A stretch of DNA of 64,000 nucleotides from Candidatus Latescibacterota bacterium (GCA_965223905.1 CBDCXV010000002.1:96001-160000); one strand, 5' to 3'. Counted from the first letter of the stretch, positions 19,255 to 29,215 are shown. Notes: a model not told the origin generated them from the sequence alone. Program-made: numbers and translations.

Positions 19255-20984
19255 GGGCTCGTCGTTCCAATCGAAGGTCAGCGGCCCTGGGGAGCCTTCA
19301 TTCCATCGCCAGGCGGTTCTTCCGCGGAACGGGGTTTGCCCGGCAGCTCGAACGGTGCGGGATCGATCCCCACCGATACTGGATCCTCGTCGATCTCTTC
19401 GGGACGCTCAGCAAACGGCAGGAAGTTCTCCGGATGGGCAGTCACGACACCATGCGTTTCTTTGCGATCGTCTGGTTCATTGGATCGAGCTGCATCAGCC
19501 TGTTGATGGCCTACTTCGGTGTTTCTCCTGGAATTTACCTGCTCGTTTTTGTCGGGCTGACCGTTTTTCAGCTCAGCCTGCTCTTAATCTCCGAGGTCGC
19601 AGAAACCCTGGTGAACCCGGTCGAGGGACTGATTCTGGCGCACCAGCCGGTGAACGGGGCCACTTGGTCGGGCGCAAAGCTGACCCACCTGATAAAGGTC
19701 GTCCTCTATGTCGTGGCGGGAGTGAATGGGGTGCCGGCGCTCGTCGGCTTTTTCCTTCCTCATACCAGCAGGTTCCTTTCCCTGGTCTACCCTGCCATGC
19801 ACTTTCTGATCGCTCTGGGGGTCGGGCTGGTCGTCGCGTTACTCTGCTGCAGCCTGTTCGGGTGGCTGATTCGCTTCATTCCCGTCCGGCGTCTCAAGGC
19901 GGCCGCGGCCATGGCTCAGGCCGTCCCCATGTTTTTCGCGTTCGGATTCAATCTTCTGAACCTGTTGGGAAAGGACCTTGTGAGTTGGCCAGCCTGGATC
20001 GACCTGCCCGAAGGATGGCTCGCCGTCGGCGAGGCCGTGCCGGGCGGGTTTCCGGTGATGCTGGGCGTCGCGGCCATTTCCGTCGCGATCGCTGGTACCG
20101 TATTCGGACTGCGGGCGCTTTCGAGTAATCATCTGATCCGTGTTTCGGGTCTGATGCACTCAGGTTCCAGGGTGCGGCGGCTGGAGTGGAGACGATGGAA
20201 GGTCAGTCCCTGGATTGCGAGGTTTACCGGCGGTCAAGCGAGCCGCGCCGGGTTTGCGTATCTGTGCCCCATGATGGTCCGGGACTGGCAGTTTCGGAAA
20301 AACATGGCCATGAGCATTCCGATCATACTCTTTGGCTCCCTTTATATGCTCGTCTACGGACTGGAGGTCTCTCCGTTTGCTCCAGGCTTTGCCTACACGC
20401 ACTTCCTCCCCCACTTGGCCGGATGGACGGTTCTCATTACGTGCCTGTGCCTGGCGTATGGCAATGACTACAAGGGCATCTGGTCGTTTTCCATCGTGCC
20501 GGATTCTTCCTTCCGTCCGTTTGCGAGGGGAATTCATGCGGCGCTCTGGCTCATGCTTGTCATCGTTCCCAACCTCTTCTGGCTGTTCCTGCTGGCGTGG
20601 TCCTGGGGCGTGAGGGATACCGTCTTATTCATCGCCTACAGCACGGCCGTTACGTCCCTGTACCTTGCAGTGGGCTTGAGGCTGATCGACGGTGTTCCCT
20701 TCGGTAAACAAAGGCCGCCGGAGCGAGGCGTGGTTACGCTCGAAATGATGTTTGGCTACCTCATCGTTATAAGTATCGCGATCGGGATCCAGTACGTTTT
20801 CTTCCGTTCGGCTGTTGCGGTCGCGGCCCTGACTGTAGTCGTGGGTCTGGGGACGTATTTCCTCACAAGAGCGTCACTTGCCAGGTTCGAATCCCGTATC
20901 TGGTTCCACCTGAACCCCGGCGCTTCGAAATCCAGGTTCCACTCATTACTTCGCCGTAGCACGGTGCCGTCGACCCTGCTTTGA
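19251..20984 (+). CDS. Multi-pass membrane protein, putative ABC exporter permease
   Basis: GTGA overlap with the ATPase gene and many hydrophobic segments. Confidence 0.75.
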   Translation: MRARRSNRRSAALGSLHSIARRFFRGTGFARQLERCGIDPHRYWILVDLFGTLSKRQEVLRMGSHDTMRFFAIVWFIGSSCISLLMAYFGVSPGIYLLVFVGLTVFQLSLLLISEVAETLVNPVEGLILAHQPVNGATWSGAKLTHLIKVVLYVVAGVNGVPALVGFFLPHTSRFLSLVYPAMHFLIALGVGLVVALLCCSLFGWLIRFIPVRRLKAAAAMAQAVPMFFAFGFNLLNLLGKDLVSWPAWIDLPEGWLAVGEAVPGGFPVMLGVAAISVAIAGTVFGLRALSSNHLIRVSGLMHSGSRVRRLEWRRWKVSPWIARFTGGQASRAGFAYLCPMMVRDWQFRKNMAMSIPIILFGSLYMLVYGLEVSPFAPGFAYTHFLPHLAGWTVLITCLCLAYGNDYKGIWSFSIVPDSSFRPFARGIHAALWLMLVIVPNLFWLFLLAWSWGVRDTVLFIAYSTAVTSLYLAVGLRLIDGVPFGKQRPPERGVVTLEMMFGYLIVISIAIGIQYVFFRSAVAVAALTVVVGLGTYFLTRASLARFESRIWFHLNPGASKSRFHSLLRRSTVPSTLL

Positions 20985-21094
20985 TTTTTCGATCTGGAGC
21001 CCGTGGAGCCCTCGGAAGGCTGCGGAAAACCATGGCCCGGCAGACACCTTGCCGCACAAGAACCCGCCGGCACGGCCGGCGCGAAAGGAGCCGG

Positions 21095-21661
21095 ATGAAA
21101 CGATTGTTCTGCACTATCACCCTGAGCTTCCTGGCGGTTGCCACCGCCGACGCCCAGGAGAAACCGCTTCCGCCGTCCGCGAAGCAGGTCCGCCCCGTGC
21201 TCGTCGGCGCCGCGCTTCCCTCTGCCGTTCTCACCGGGGACGACGGCAAGAGCCTCGATCTCGCCGCCGCGGTCGCGGAGAAGCCGGCGGTGCTCGTGTT
21301 CTACCGGGGAGGCTGGTGAGGGTACTGCAAGAACCAGCTAGTTGAGCTGGAACGGATCCACGCCCAACTGACCGCCATGGGGGTTCGGCTTTTCGCCGTC
21401 AGCCCGGATGAACCTTCCGCTGCCATGGCGACGCGCGCAGAGACCGGGGTCGGCTTTCCGCTGCTGTCCGACCGCGATCTGAAGCTGGCCTCGGGCCTTG
21501 GTATCGCCTACCGGAACCCCGACAGGCCGCCGCTGCCTGTTCCGTCCGTGTTCATAGTGGCAAAAGGTGGGAAGATCGCCTACCAGCATGTCGACCCGGA
21601 CTTCCGCGTCCGTATCGACAACGACATCATCCTGGCGATGGCAGGCAGTCTGGTGAAGTAG
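21095..21661 (+). CDS. Secreted peroxiredoxin-like (AhpC/TSA) selenoprotein with a UxxC motif
   Basis: RBS aaggag and a signal peptide. VLVFYRGGW-TGA(21317-19)-GYC continues in frame into ORF 21377..21661 (AVSPDE...FPLLSD...PSVFIV). A SECIS-like hairpin follows, and selA is in the window. Confidence 0.88.
21334..21350 (+). promoter_or_regulatory. Candidate bacterial SECIS element
   Basis: Hairpin CCAGCT-AGTTG-AGCTGG starting 14 nt after the UGA. The loop G lies 22 nt after the UGA. Confidence 0.6.
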
Positions 21662-21718
21662 CAGGCCGGGAGAAACCGTCCGGAGCCGGGCGCGAGGGGG
21701 CACCCGGGTGGCCCTGGA

Positions 21719-22600
21719 TCAGCGGCCGTTCCCCCAGCGGCTGGGGCGGATCCCCGCGGCCTGGCGCCGCATCCCGTCCGGCCGGTTGGGGACGTCGTAG
21801 TCGATTTCCCGCGTGTTCAGGCTGCGGAAGAACGGCTGGATGTGCTCGGGCAGGGTCGCCACCTGCTGCGGGTCGCGGTCCTCCTCGATGTCGTCGATCG
21901 GCCCGGCCCAGCAGGGGCGGTAGGCGATGGCGAGCATGCGCCGGTCGCGGTCGCTGTGATTGGGGAAGTTGCCGTGGAAGACGTTCTGGTTGATCACCAC
22001 GGCATCGCCGGCGCGGCAGCAGACCATCATCTCTTCGGGATGGCTGAGGAAGCGGTTGTAGGGATTGCCGTCGATGTGCATCGACAGGTGCGACCTCGGA
22101 ACCACCTTGAACGGCGAGCGGTCCGGGGTCTGGTCGTCGAGGTAGTAGAGCGCCCGCGCCAGCACCGGGGAGCTCGACTGCAGCCCGAAGATCTTCGAGC
22201 CGTACGGCTGCGCGTCGGTGTGCACGGCGATCCCCGGGTGCCCGGGCTGCGAGCATCCGTAGCCGCAGGAGGTGCAGATCAGGTCGTCCCCGAACAGCTC
22301 GGTGAGGAACCCGATCATCGGCGGGTGGGCGATGACGCCGATGGCGGTGGGAGAATCCGTCCACTGCACGTCGGAGCAACCGCGCTGATGGGGGCTGTAG
22401 TCGACCGCCCGCGTCGGCAGCTTCGCCAGCTCTTCCCGGATCCTGTCGAGGGTCTCGGGTGAGAGCAGGCCGGGGATGACGACGTACCCTTCCAGCTCGA
22501 TGGAGCGGATCTGTTCGGCCCGCGTCAGGCTCGCCCAGTCGGTCTCGTCCCGGCGGGCCCGCGCGATATCTTCCCTGCTGTTCGTGAACGACGTGTCCAT
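21719..22600 (-). CDS. PhyH family dioxygenase
   Basis: ELEGYVVIPG, VHTD, VVPRSH and GDAVVINQNVFHGN...R. Confidence 0.85.
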   Translation of the reverse strand: MDTSFTNSREDIARARRDETDWASLTRAEQIRSIELEGYVVIPGLLSPETLDRIREELAKLPTRAVDYSPHQRGCSDVQWTDSPTAIGVIAHPPMIGFLTELFGDDLICTSCGYGCSQPGHPGIAVHTDAQPYGSKIFGLQSSSPVLARALYYLDDQTPDRSPFKVVPRSHLSMHIDGNPYNRFLSHPEEMMVCCRAGDAVVINQNVFHGNFPNHSDRDRRMLAIAYRPCWAGPIDDIEEDRDPQQVATLPEHIQPFFRSLNTREIDYDVPNRPDGMRRQAAGIRPSRWGNGR

Positions 22601-22752
22601 GGCGGGGGTAAACAACCTTCGCGGAGCCGGCGAGTCAACCCCCCGGAGTCCCGGATCCGGCGTGACCGGGGTGGAACCTGCGGTGGTTATCTTTGCATGG
22701 ACGCCATCGACACCTATGGTCCATCCCGAACGATAAGAGACCCGATCGACCG

Positions 22753-23580
22753 ATGAGACTAAATGGGAAGCGAGCCTTGGTGACCGGCGCCGGCCGCGGC
22801 ATCGGCAGGCGGATCGCGCGGGCCCTTGCCGGTGAGGGGGCGAAGGTGGCCTTGCTGGCGCGCAGCCGCGATCAGCTGGAGGACGCGGCCCGGGAGCTGG
22901 AGCAGCTGGGCGCGGTCTGCCTGGCGGCCCCGGCCGATCTCGCCTCGGAAGCGCAGACGCGGGCGGCGTTCGGCGCCGTCCTCGACAGCTGGGGCGGGAT
23001 CGACATTCTCGTCAACAACGCCGCGATACTAGGTCCGGTGGGGCCGAGCCACACCCTCGATGCGGGCGCCTGGCTCGAGACCGTGCAGATCAACCTCGGC
23101 GGCTGCTTCCTCTGCTGCTCCCTGGTGCTCCCGGGGATGATCGAGCGTCGCTCCGGCAAGATCATCAACCTCTCCGGCGGCGGCGCGGTCGATCCGCGCC
23201 CGAACTTCAGCGCCTATGCCGCATCCAAGGCCGCCGTCGTCCGCTTTACGGAGACCCTGGCGGCCGAGGTCGCCGCGCACGGGATCGACGTCAACGCCAT
23301 CGCCCCGGGGGCCATCGACACCGACATGCTGCGCCAGGGGATCGCCGCCGGGGACGCCGCCGGCGCCGAGGCGGAGGAACTGCGCCGGATCGCCCGCCAG
23401 GGAGGCCAGGACCCGGGACGGGCCGCGGCCCTGGCCGTGCACCTCGCTTCCGCGGCCACCGACGGCCTTACCGGCCGGCTCATCAGCGCCCAGTGGGACG
23501 ACTGGGAGAACCTCGACCCGCGCGCCGTCATGGCGACCGACCTCTTCACCCTGAGGCGGATCTCCCCCGTCCGGGAGTAG
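22753..23580 (+). CDS. SDR family NAD(P)-dependent oxidoreductase
   Basis: TGAGRGIG, NNAA, YAASK and NAIAPG. Confidence 0.92.
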   Translation: MRLNGKRALVTGAGRGIGRRIARALAGEGAKVALLARSRDQLEDAARELEQLGAVCLAAPADLASEAQTRAAFGAVLDSWGGIDILVNNAAILGPVGPSHTLDAGAWLETVQINLGGCFLCCSLVLPGMIERRSGKIINLSGGGAVDPRPNFSAYAASKAAVVRFTETLAAEVAAHGIDVNAIAPGAIDTDMLRQGIAAGDAAGAEAEELRRIARQGGQDPGRAAALAVHLASAATDGLTGRLISAQWDDWENLDPRAVMATDLFTLRRISPVRE

Positions 23581-23586
23581 CGGCAG

Positions 23587-24612
23587 GTGAGCTACCGGGT
23601 CGGACTGATAGGAGCCGGAGGCGCCGGGTTCAGGCGAGCCGCGGCCCTGGCCGAGTGCCCGCAGTCGCAGCTGGTCAAGGTCTGCGACCTCGACCGGGTG
23701 GCCGCGGCGAGGGCGGCTGCCCCTGCCCGGGCGGAAGTTGCCCCGGCCTGGGAAGAGGTAGTCGAAGATCCCGCCATCGACATCGTCATCCTTTCGGCGA
23801 CCCACGACCAGCTCGCTCCGATCGGCTCGGCCGCGGCCGCCGCGGGCAAGCACCTTCTGTGTGAGAAACCGCTTGGGCGCAACCCGTCCGAGGTGGCCGG
23901 CCTGGTCGCCGCCGCGGCCGCGAGCGGGGTCTGCCTGGCGGCCGGGTACAACCACCGCTTTCACCCCGCGGTCGCCGCAGTGCGCGAGGCGGTGGATTCA
24001 GGCGGCCTGGGGGAACTCGATTTCATCCGCGCACGCTACGGCCACGGGGGCCGCCCGGGGTACGACCGCGAGTGGCGCGGCGACCCCGAAATAGCAGGAG
24101 GCGGCGAGCTGCTGGACCAGGGGGCGCACCTCGTCGACCTCTGCCTCTGGCTGCTGGGGGAGTTCGAGTCGGTGACCGGGTTCACCGAGCGCCGCTGCTG
24201 GGACATCGAACCGCTGGAAGACAACGCCTTCGGCCTGTTCCGCACCGGCAGCGGCCAGGTGGCCTCGATCCACGCCAGCTGGACCCAGTGGAAGAACCTG
24301 TTCAGCCTGGAGGTCTTCGGCAGCGAAGGGTACGCGATAGCCGAGGGGCTCGGCGGCTCGTACGGGCCGGAGTCGGTGCGCATCGGGCAGCGGCGGCCCG
24401 AGGGCGGACGGCCCCGCGAAACCGAAACTGTTTTCGACGCCGGCGACCCCTCCTGGTCGCTGGAGTGGACCGGCTTTCTGCAGATGCTGAAGGGAAAGCG
24501 GACATCCGGGGCCCACGGCGCCGATGCCCTGCGGACCATGCAGTGGATCTATCGCCTGTACCGCGCCTCGTCCGAGCGGCGCCCTGTTTCCGCGGCCGAG
24601 TCGGTGGCCTGA
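23587..24612 (+). CDS. Gfo/Idh/MocA oxidoreductase
   Basis: LIGAG, CEKP, GYNHRFHP and GGGELLDQGAH. Confidence 0.9.
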   Translation: MSYRVGLIGAGGAGFRRAAALAECPQSQLVKVCDLDRVAAARAAAPARAEVAPAWEEVVEDPAIDIVILSATHDQLAPIGSAAAAAGKHLLCEKPLGRNPSEVAGLVAAAAASGVCLAAGYNHRFHPAVAAVREAVDSGGLGELDFIRARYGHGGRPGYDREWRGDPEIAGGGELLDQGAHLVDLCLWLLGEFESVTGFTERRCWDIEPLEDNAFGLFRTGSGQVASIHASWTQWKNLFSLEVFGSEGYAIAEGLGGSYGPESVRIGQRRPEGGRPRETETVFDAGDPSWSLEWTGFLQMLKGKRTSGAHGADALRTMQWIYRLYRASSERRPVSAAESVA

Positions 24613-24743
24613 CGCGGTCCCGATCCGCCGGCCGCGTGGGAGAAACCTGCCCCGCGAACCTGTTTTTTCTCAAAATCCGCTGGAATTGCGTACATTGTGG
24701 CTTGTGAAACAGACCTGAAACATCCAACCAACCGGGATTCCGA

Positions 24744-24987
24744 TATGAGAGCGGATCAGCACGCAGCCCAGGCAGAACGCGTCTCCCTCGCGTACCGCCG
24801 ATTGGCTAACGCCATGATTCTCAGCACGTTACGGGAGATTTCGAAAAAGGTGGAAAGGGCGGAAGAGGTGCCGGAAGTCGATTTCGTCGAGAGCCGCCGC
24901 ATCGATCCGTGGTGCGAGCTGGCAGGGTTGGAGCCGGAGGTGGTCAGGAGCGCGGCCCGGCGAATCACCACCGAGCAAGTCTGTTGA
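24744..24987 (+). CDS. Small hypothetical protein
   Basis: 80-aa ORF (YRRLANAMILSTLRE...WCELAGLEPEVVRS) between an AT-rich upstream region and a strong terminator. Confidence 0.6.
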
Positions 24988-25009
24988 CGGACGCAGGAAG
25001 ATGCACTGG

Positions 25010-25046
25010 AAGCCCCGGGTCGATTCGCCCCGGGGCTTTTTTTTTT
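25010..25046 (+). terminator. Rho-independent terminator
   Basis: aagccccggg-tcgattcgc-cccggggctt followed by a T run, located between convergent genes. Confidence 0.85.
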
Positions 25047-25070
25047 GGCCAAATGGTTGCGGAGGCCGGC

Positions 25071-27317
25071 CTACCTGCCCGCGGCGAGACGCTTCCGGCT
25101 TTCCCAGTCGAGGACGCCGCGCACGACTTTCTCCGCATCGCGCTGGCGGAGCTGCTCGAAGCGCAGGGCCCAGGCGTGGTCGACGTAGGCGAGGTTGCGC
25201 AGCTCGACCAGCACCTTGACCGCGGCCGGGTTGTCGCGCAGCACCCTGAGACCCTGCCCGCGCACGCGGGAGCCGGCTCCGAGAGCCGGCAGCAGGGACT
25301 TCGCAAAGGCGCGGGAGGCGCGATCCTTGCGGCGGCCGTCGCGGCTCTCGTAGTAGAGCACCAGGGGCGCCCGCGGCGAGTTCTTGTCTATGTCGGCGTG
25401 GAACGAAAGGAAGATGCGCCGGGACTTCGGAGTGCCGGCGAACGCTTCCCTGGCGATACGCACGCGGGCGTCAAGTCCCTTGCGGCTGCCGCGCGGCCAC
25501 TGGTGGCGGGTGTTGGGCTTGTTCAGGGCGTAGCTGTTGTAGACCTCGTTCTTCTCGTTGACGAAGGTCTGCGACGGCGGCGCGCTGCCGCGGATCAGGT
25601 GGTTCGGACTCAGCAGCGTCATCGTCACCTTCGCTCCGTGCAGGCGCAGCAGCACGTAGGAGCGCAGGGCGATGTCGTGGACGTACTCGTCCTCGACGAC
25701 GTACAGCTTCCGGCCGTTGCCGTCGGTCGTGCGCACCACTGCCCCGGGATCGAGGCCGCCGTGCCCGGGATCGAGGACGATATGCCAGCCCTCGAGCCTG
25801 CTGCTCAGGCGGCCGGCGCGACCGACGGCGCGCTCGAACTGCTTCCACAGCTTGCGCGCCTGCCGGTAGGTCTTCAGCGGCGACGCCGGGTGGCCCTCGT
25901 AGTACTCGCGGCCCCGCTGCCGGTCCGCCCGCGGCCGCCGCGTGAAGTACGGCCCGTTTCCGACGTCGATGCGGCGCACGCCCCTGGGCGCCACCTGCAG
26001 ATCGGCCCAGTCGACGTCGGCGAGCTCCAGCCGTTCCCGGCGGGCCATCAGCGGCCTGACATTGAGCCTCTGCCCTGGGTGGATGACCAAGCTTCTCAGG
26101 TTGTTGAGCCGCTTCAGCTCTGCCACGCTCATCTGGTGAAGGCGGGCGATCTCGGTGAGGTTGTCGCCTCCTATTACCGTGTAGGTGCCGAGGCGCCGCG
26201 ATTTTTCCGGGCTGAGCACGAGCTCCTGGCCCGGATAGATGCGGTTCGACGTCAGCCCGTTCAGCTTCTTCAGCTCCGCCACGCTCATCGAGTAGGCGCG
26301 CGCGATCTCCCACAGGGCGTCGCCGCGCTCGACTATGTGCCGTGCCGACGGGGTGGCGCGCAGACGCAGCTTCTGCCCCACCAGTATGCGGTCCCCCTCG
26401 ATACCGTTGAGCTCCTTGAGGACGGCGAGGGCGATGTCGTAGCGGCGGGCGATGCCGGTCAGGTTTTCCCCGCGGCGGACGATGTGGATGCCCTCGTCGA
26501 CGGCAGAAGCGCGCAGACGCAGCTTCTGCCCCGGGCGGATGCGGTCGGATTTCAGGCCGTTGATTTGTTTGAGAAAGCTGACTCCTATGTCGAAGCGCCG
26601 GGCGATCTTCGACAGGGTATCCCCTCGGCGCACGACGTACTCGGTCACCTCCTCGGAAGCGGTTTCTCCCGCCCGCAGCCGCAGCCGCTGTCCGGCCCCG
26701 ATGCGGTCCCCGCGCAGGTTGTTCAGCTCCCGAAGCTCCCGCACCGGCACCCCCTCGGCCGCGGCGATATCCGAAAGCGTGTCCCCTCGCTTGACGAGGT
26801 AGGTGGCGGAGGACGCCGGGCGCAGGCGCAGCTTCTGTCCGGGGTGGATGACGGCGCCGTCGAGCTTGTTGATGCGCCTCAGCTCGCCGGGGGAGATCCC
26901 GTGTCGGGAGGCGATGGTCGTCAGGTTGTCGCCGCGGCGGACCACGTACCACTCGGCCGACCGCTCCTTGCGGACGGTGAGCTTCTGGCCGACCAGGATG
27001 CGGTCCCCCTCGATCCCGCTCCAGCGGCGCAGGTCGGCCACCGAAACCCCGTAGTGGCTGGCGATGTCGCTCAGGGTTTCGCCGCGGCGGACCGGGTGCT
27101 GCAGGGATCCCGCAGTCAGGCGGTCGCCCCCCATGGACGCCGTGCAGACCATTACGGCGGCGGCGTAGCGGAGTAGAGACAGCCGTGCAGATGCCTTGGC
27201 GGCAGCCGGCCAAAGGAGTTTCAAGCAGGAACGTCCGGTGGTTGCGGACGGGGAGCGGAGGGGTGCCCGAGCTGCGGAAGGGAGGGAGTTCTCGGGCACC
27301 GCTAAGTATAACCACAA
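25071..27317 (-). CDS. LysM x7 N-acetylmuramoyl-L-alanine amidase (start uncertain)
   Basis: Seven 'Y/HxVxxGD/ExLxxIA' LysM repeats, then Amidase_3 motifs VLDPGHGG, E, SFHAD and VLVEL. Confidence 0.9.
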   Translation of the reverse strand: MWLYLAVPENSLPSAARAPLRSPSATTGRSCLKLLWPAAAKASARLSLLRYAAAVMVCTASMGGDRLTAGSLQHPVRRGETLSDIASHYGVSVADLRRWSGIEGDRILVGQKLTVRKERSAEWYVVRRGDNLTTIASRHGISPGELRRINKLDGAVIHPGQKLRLRPASSATYLVKRGDTLSDIAAAEGVPVRELRELNNLRGDRIGAGQRLRLRAGETASEEVTEYVVRRGDTLSKIARRFDIGVSFLKQINGLKSDRIRPGQKLRLRASAVDEGIHIVRRGENLTGIARRYDIALAVLKELNGIEGDRILVGQKLRLRATPSARHIVERGDALWEIARAYSMSVAELKKLNGLTSNRIYPGQELVLSPEKSRRLGTYTVIGGDNLTEIARLHQMSVAELKRLNNLRSLVIHPGQRLNVRPLMARRERLELADVDWADLQVAPRGVRRIDVGNGPYFTRRPRADRQRGREYYEGHPASPLKTYRQARKLWKQFERAVGRAGRLSSRLEGWHIVLDPGHGGLDPGAVVRTTDGNGRKLYVVEDEYVHDIALRSYVLLRLHGAKVTMTLLSPNHLIRGSAPPSQTFVNEKNEVYNSYALNKPNTRHQWPRGSRKGLDARVRIAREAFAGTPKSRRIFLSFHADIDKNSPRAPLVLYYESRDGRRKDRASRAFAKSLLPALGAGSRVRGQGLRVLRDNPAAVKVLVELRNLAYVDHAWALRFEQLRQRDAEKVVRGVLDWESRKRLAAGR

Positions 27318-27366
27318 CTTGAGGATAGCGCAAAAAGAACAGGAGTCGTATTATCCTTCAATTAAT

Positions 27367-28773
27367 ATGAACGACGCGGTGAAATCGCTTCCCTCGGTGG
27401 ACGAGGTGCTGCGGCTCGAGTCGACGCGGCGGCTGGTGAGGGCCTGCGACCGGGGATACGTGGTCGAGGCGGTCCGCTCGGTGCTGCGCGGGGTTCGCGA
27501 CGAGTTGCTGGCCGCGGCTGGCGGCGAGGTCCCCTCCCGCGAAGAGCTGCTGGCGCGGGTGGAGACCGAGCTCGCCGGGGCTGTGCGCGCCGGAGGGGTA
27601 GCGAGCCTGCATCGCGCCGTCAACGCGACCGGCGTCATCCTGCACACCGGCCTGGGGCGGGCCCCCCTGCCCCCCGCGGCGCTCGCCGCGGTGATGGAGG
27701 TGGGGGAGAACTACTGCAACCTCGAGCTCGACCTGGAAACCGGTGAGCGGGGTACGCGGCTCGCCCACGTCGAGCGGATGATCTGCGAGGTCAGCGGGGC
27801 CGAAGCCGCGGTAGTGGTCAACAACAACGCCGCCGCCGTCCTGCTGCTGCTCAACAGTCTGGCCAGCGGCCGCGAGGTGATCGTTTCGCGTGGCGAGCTG
27901 GTCGAGATAGGGGGCGCTTTCCGCATGCCGGACATCGTCGCCGCCAGCGGCGCGCGCCTGCGCGAGGTCGGGACGACCAACCGCACCCATCTGGCCGACT
28001 ACGAGAACGCCGTCGGCGAGCAGACCGGCGCCATCCTCGCCGTGCACCCCAGCAACTACCGCGTCGAGGGGTTCACCGCCGCAGCCGGTTTGCCCGAGCT
28101 GGCCGCCCTCGGCGAGCGCGCCGGGGTGCCGCTGGTCTACGATCTCGGCGGCGGGGTTCTCGTCGACCTCGAGGACTGGGGCCTGCCGCCCGAACCGGTG
28201 GTCGCCGGCAGCCTGCGTTCCGGCGCAGGGGCGGTCACCTTCAGCGGCGACAAGCTGCTAGGCGGACCGCAGGCCGGGATCATCGCCGGCAGGGCCGACC
28301 TCGTTGAGCAGGCGGCCGGGAACCCGTTGATGCGGGCCCTGCGCTGTGACAAGCTGACCCTCGCGGCCCTCGCCGCCACCCTGCGCCTCTACCGCCTCGA
28401 CCCGGCCCGCCTCCGCGCCGCCCACCCGGTGCTGCGGATGATGACCGAGGATGCCGCCGCGGTGCGCCTCCGGGCCGAGGCCCTGGTCCGCAGTTTGTCC
28501 GACAGGGCGCGCTGCCGCCTCGTGGCGACCGTGGAATCGACCACCGCGGAATTCGGCAGCGGCGCTCTGCCGCTGGAAGAGCTTCCCAGCGCCGCGGTCT
28601 GCCTGCGCCCGACGTTCTGCAGCGCCGAGAGGCTTGCCCGGGCGCTGCGCACCGACCCCGAGGCCGTGGTCGGCCGCATTCGCAAGGAGGCCGTGCTGCT
28701 CGACATGCGCACGACGCGCGACGACGAGGTCGCGGCCGTCGCCGCCAGTCTCGAGCGGGCCGCTGCCGGCTGA
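27367..28773 (+). CDS. selA: L-seryl-tRNA(Sec) selenium transferase
   Basis: NATGVILHTGLGRAP, VVNNNAAA, SRGELVEIGGAFRMPD, EVGTTNRTH, FSGDKLLGGPQAG and RALRCDK. Confidence 0.96.
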   Translation: MNDAVKSLPSVDEVLRLESTRRLVRACDRGYVVEAVRSVLRGVRDELLAAAGGEVPSREELLARVETELAGAVRAGGVASLHRAVNATGVILHTGLGRAPLPPAALAAVMEVGENYCNLELDLETGERGTRLAHVERMICEVSGAEAAVVVNNNAAAVLLLLNSLASGREVIVSRGELVEIGGAFRMPDIVAASGARLREVGTTNRTHLADYENAVGEQTGAILAVHPSNYRVEGFTAAAGLPELAALGERAGVPLVYDLGGGVLVDLEDWGLPPEPVVAGSLRSGAGAVTFSGDKLLGGPQAGIIAGRADLVEQAAGNPLMRALRCDKLTLAALAATLRLYRLDPARLRAAHPVLRMMTEDAAAVRLRAEALVRSLSDRARCRLVATVESTTAEFGSGALPLEELPSAAVCLRPTFCSAERLARALRTDPEAVVGRIRKEAVLLDMRTTRDDEVAAVAASLERAAAG

Positions 28774-28783
28774 GGTGCGTCCC

Positions 28784-29215
28784 GTGACTCCCGTGATCGC
28801 GTTGCTGCTGCTGGCCCTGGGCGCAACCACCGGCTGCGGCGGGGGCGGCAAGGAAGGAAACGGCGGTCCGCCTCCGGGTCCGGACAACGGTGAGCCGGCC
28901 GCGGGGCGCATACTGCTGCAGAACTCGACGCCCTACTCGATACAGGTCGCCTACCTCAACGAGGTCGACCCGGTAGATGCCAGGGTGATCCGCACCGAAG
29001 TCGCCCCGGGAGAGCGGTCGGACGTCGGTCTGGAAGAGCTGCCGGGCGGTTGGACCGTGGTGCTCGATCTCGTGCTGGTGCTGGCAGACTCGGAGGAGAA
29101 CCGGGTGCGGCGCAAGGCGAACGTCACCGTCGACGGGGACGTGGTGGTGCACGTCGAGCTAAAGGATCCGGCCGATCCGTTCAGCGTGGAGATCGAGACG
29201 ATCCCTGTGGAATAA
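28784..29215 (+). CDS. Putative lipoprotein
   Basis: Hydrophobic stretch with a lipobox-like ATTGC. Its stop abuts the ATG of the next gene. Confidence 0.7.
   Translation: MTPVIALLLLALGATTGCGGGGKEGNGGPPPGPDNGEPAAGRILLQNSTPYSIQVAYLNEVDPVDARVIRTEVAPGERSDVGLEELPGGWTVVLDLVLVLADSEENRVRRKANVTVDGDVVVHVELKDPADPFSVEIETIPVE

Noticed and set aside
11647-21319. Genome-wide UGA recoding (UGA=Trp or Gly)
   Set aside because: Many well-defined genes here end normally at TGA, so the two in-frame TGAs need gene-specific explanations.
24982-25046. Cys-TGA ending followed by a hairpin, as a possible C-terminal CU selenoprotein
   Set aside because: The hairpin has a long U-tract typical of a terminator, and the read-through sequence is not protein-like.
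27196-29215. tRNA-Sec (selC) or selB next to selA
   Set aside because: No cloverleaf or EF-Tu-like ORF is recognisable in the window.
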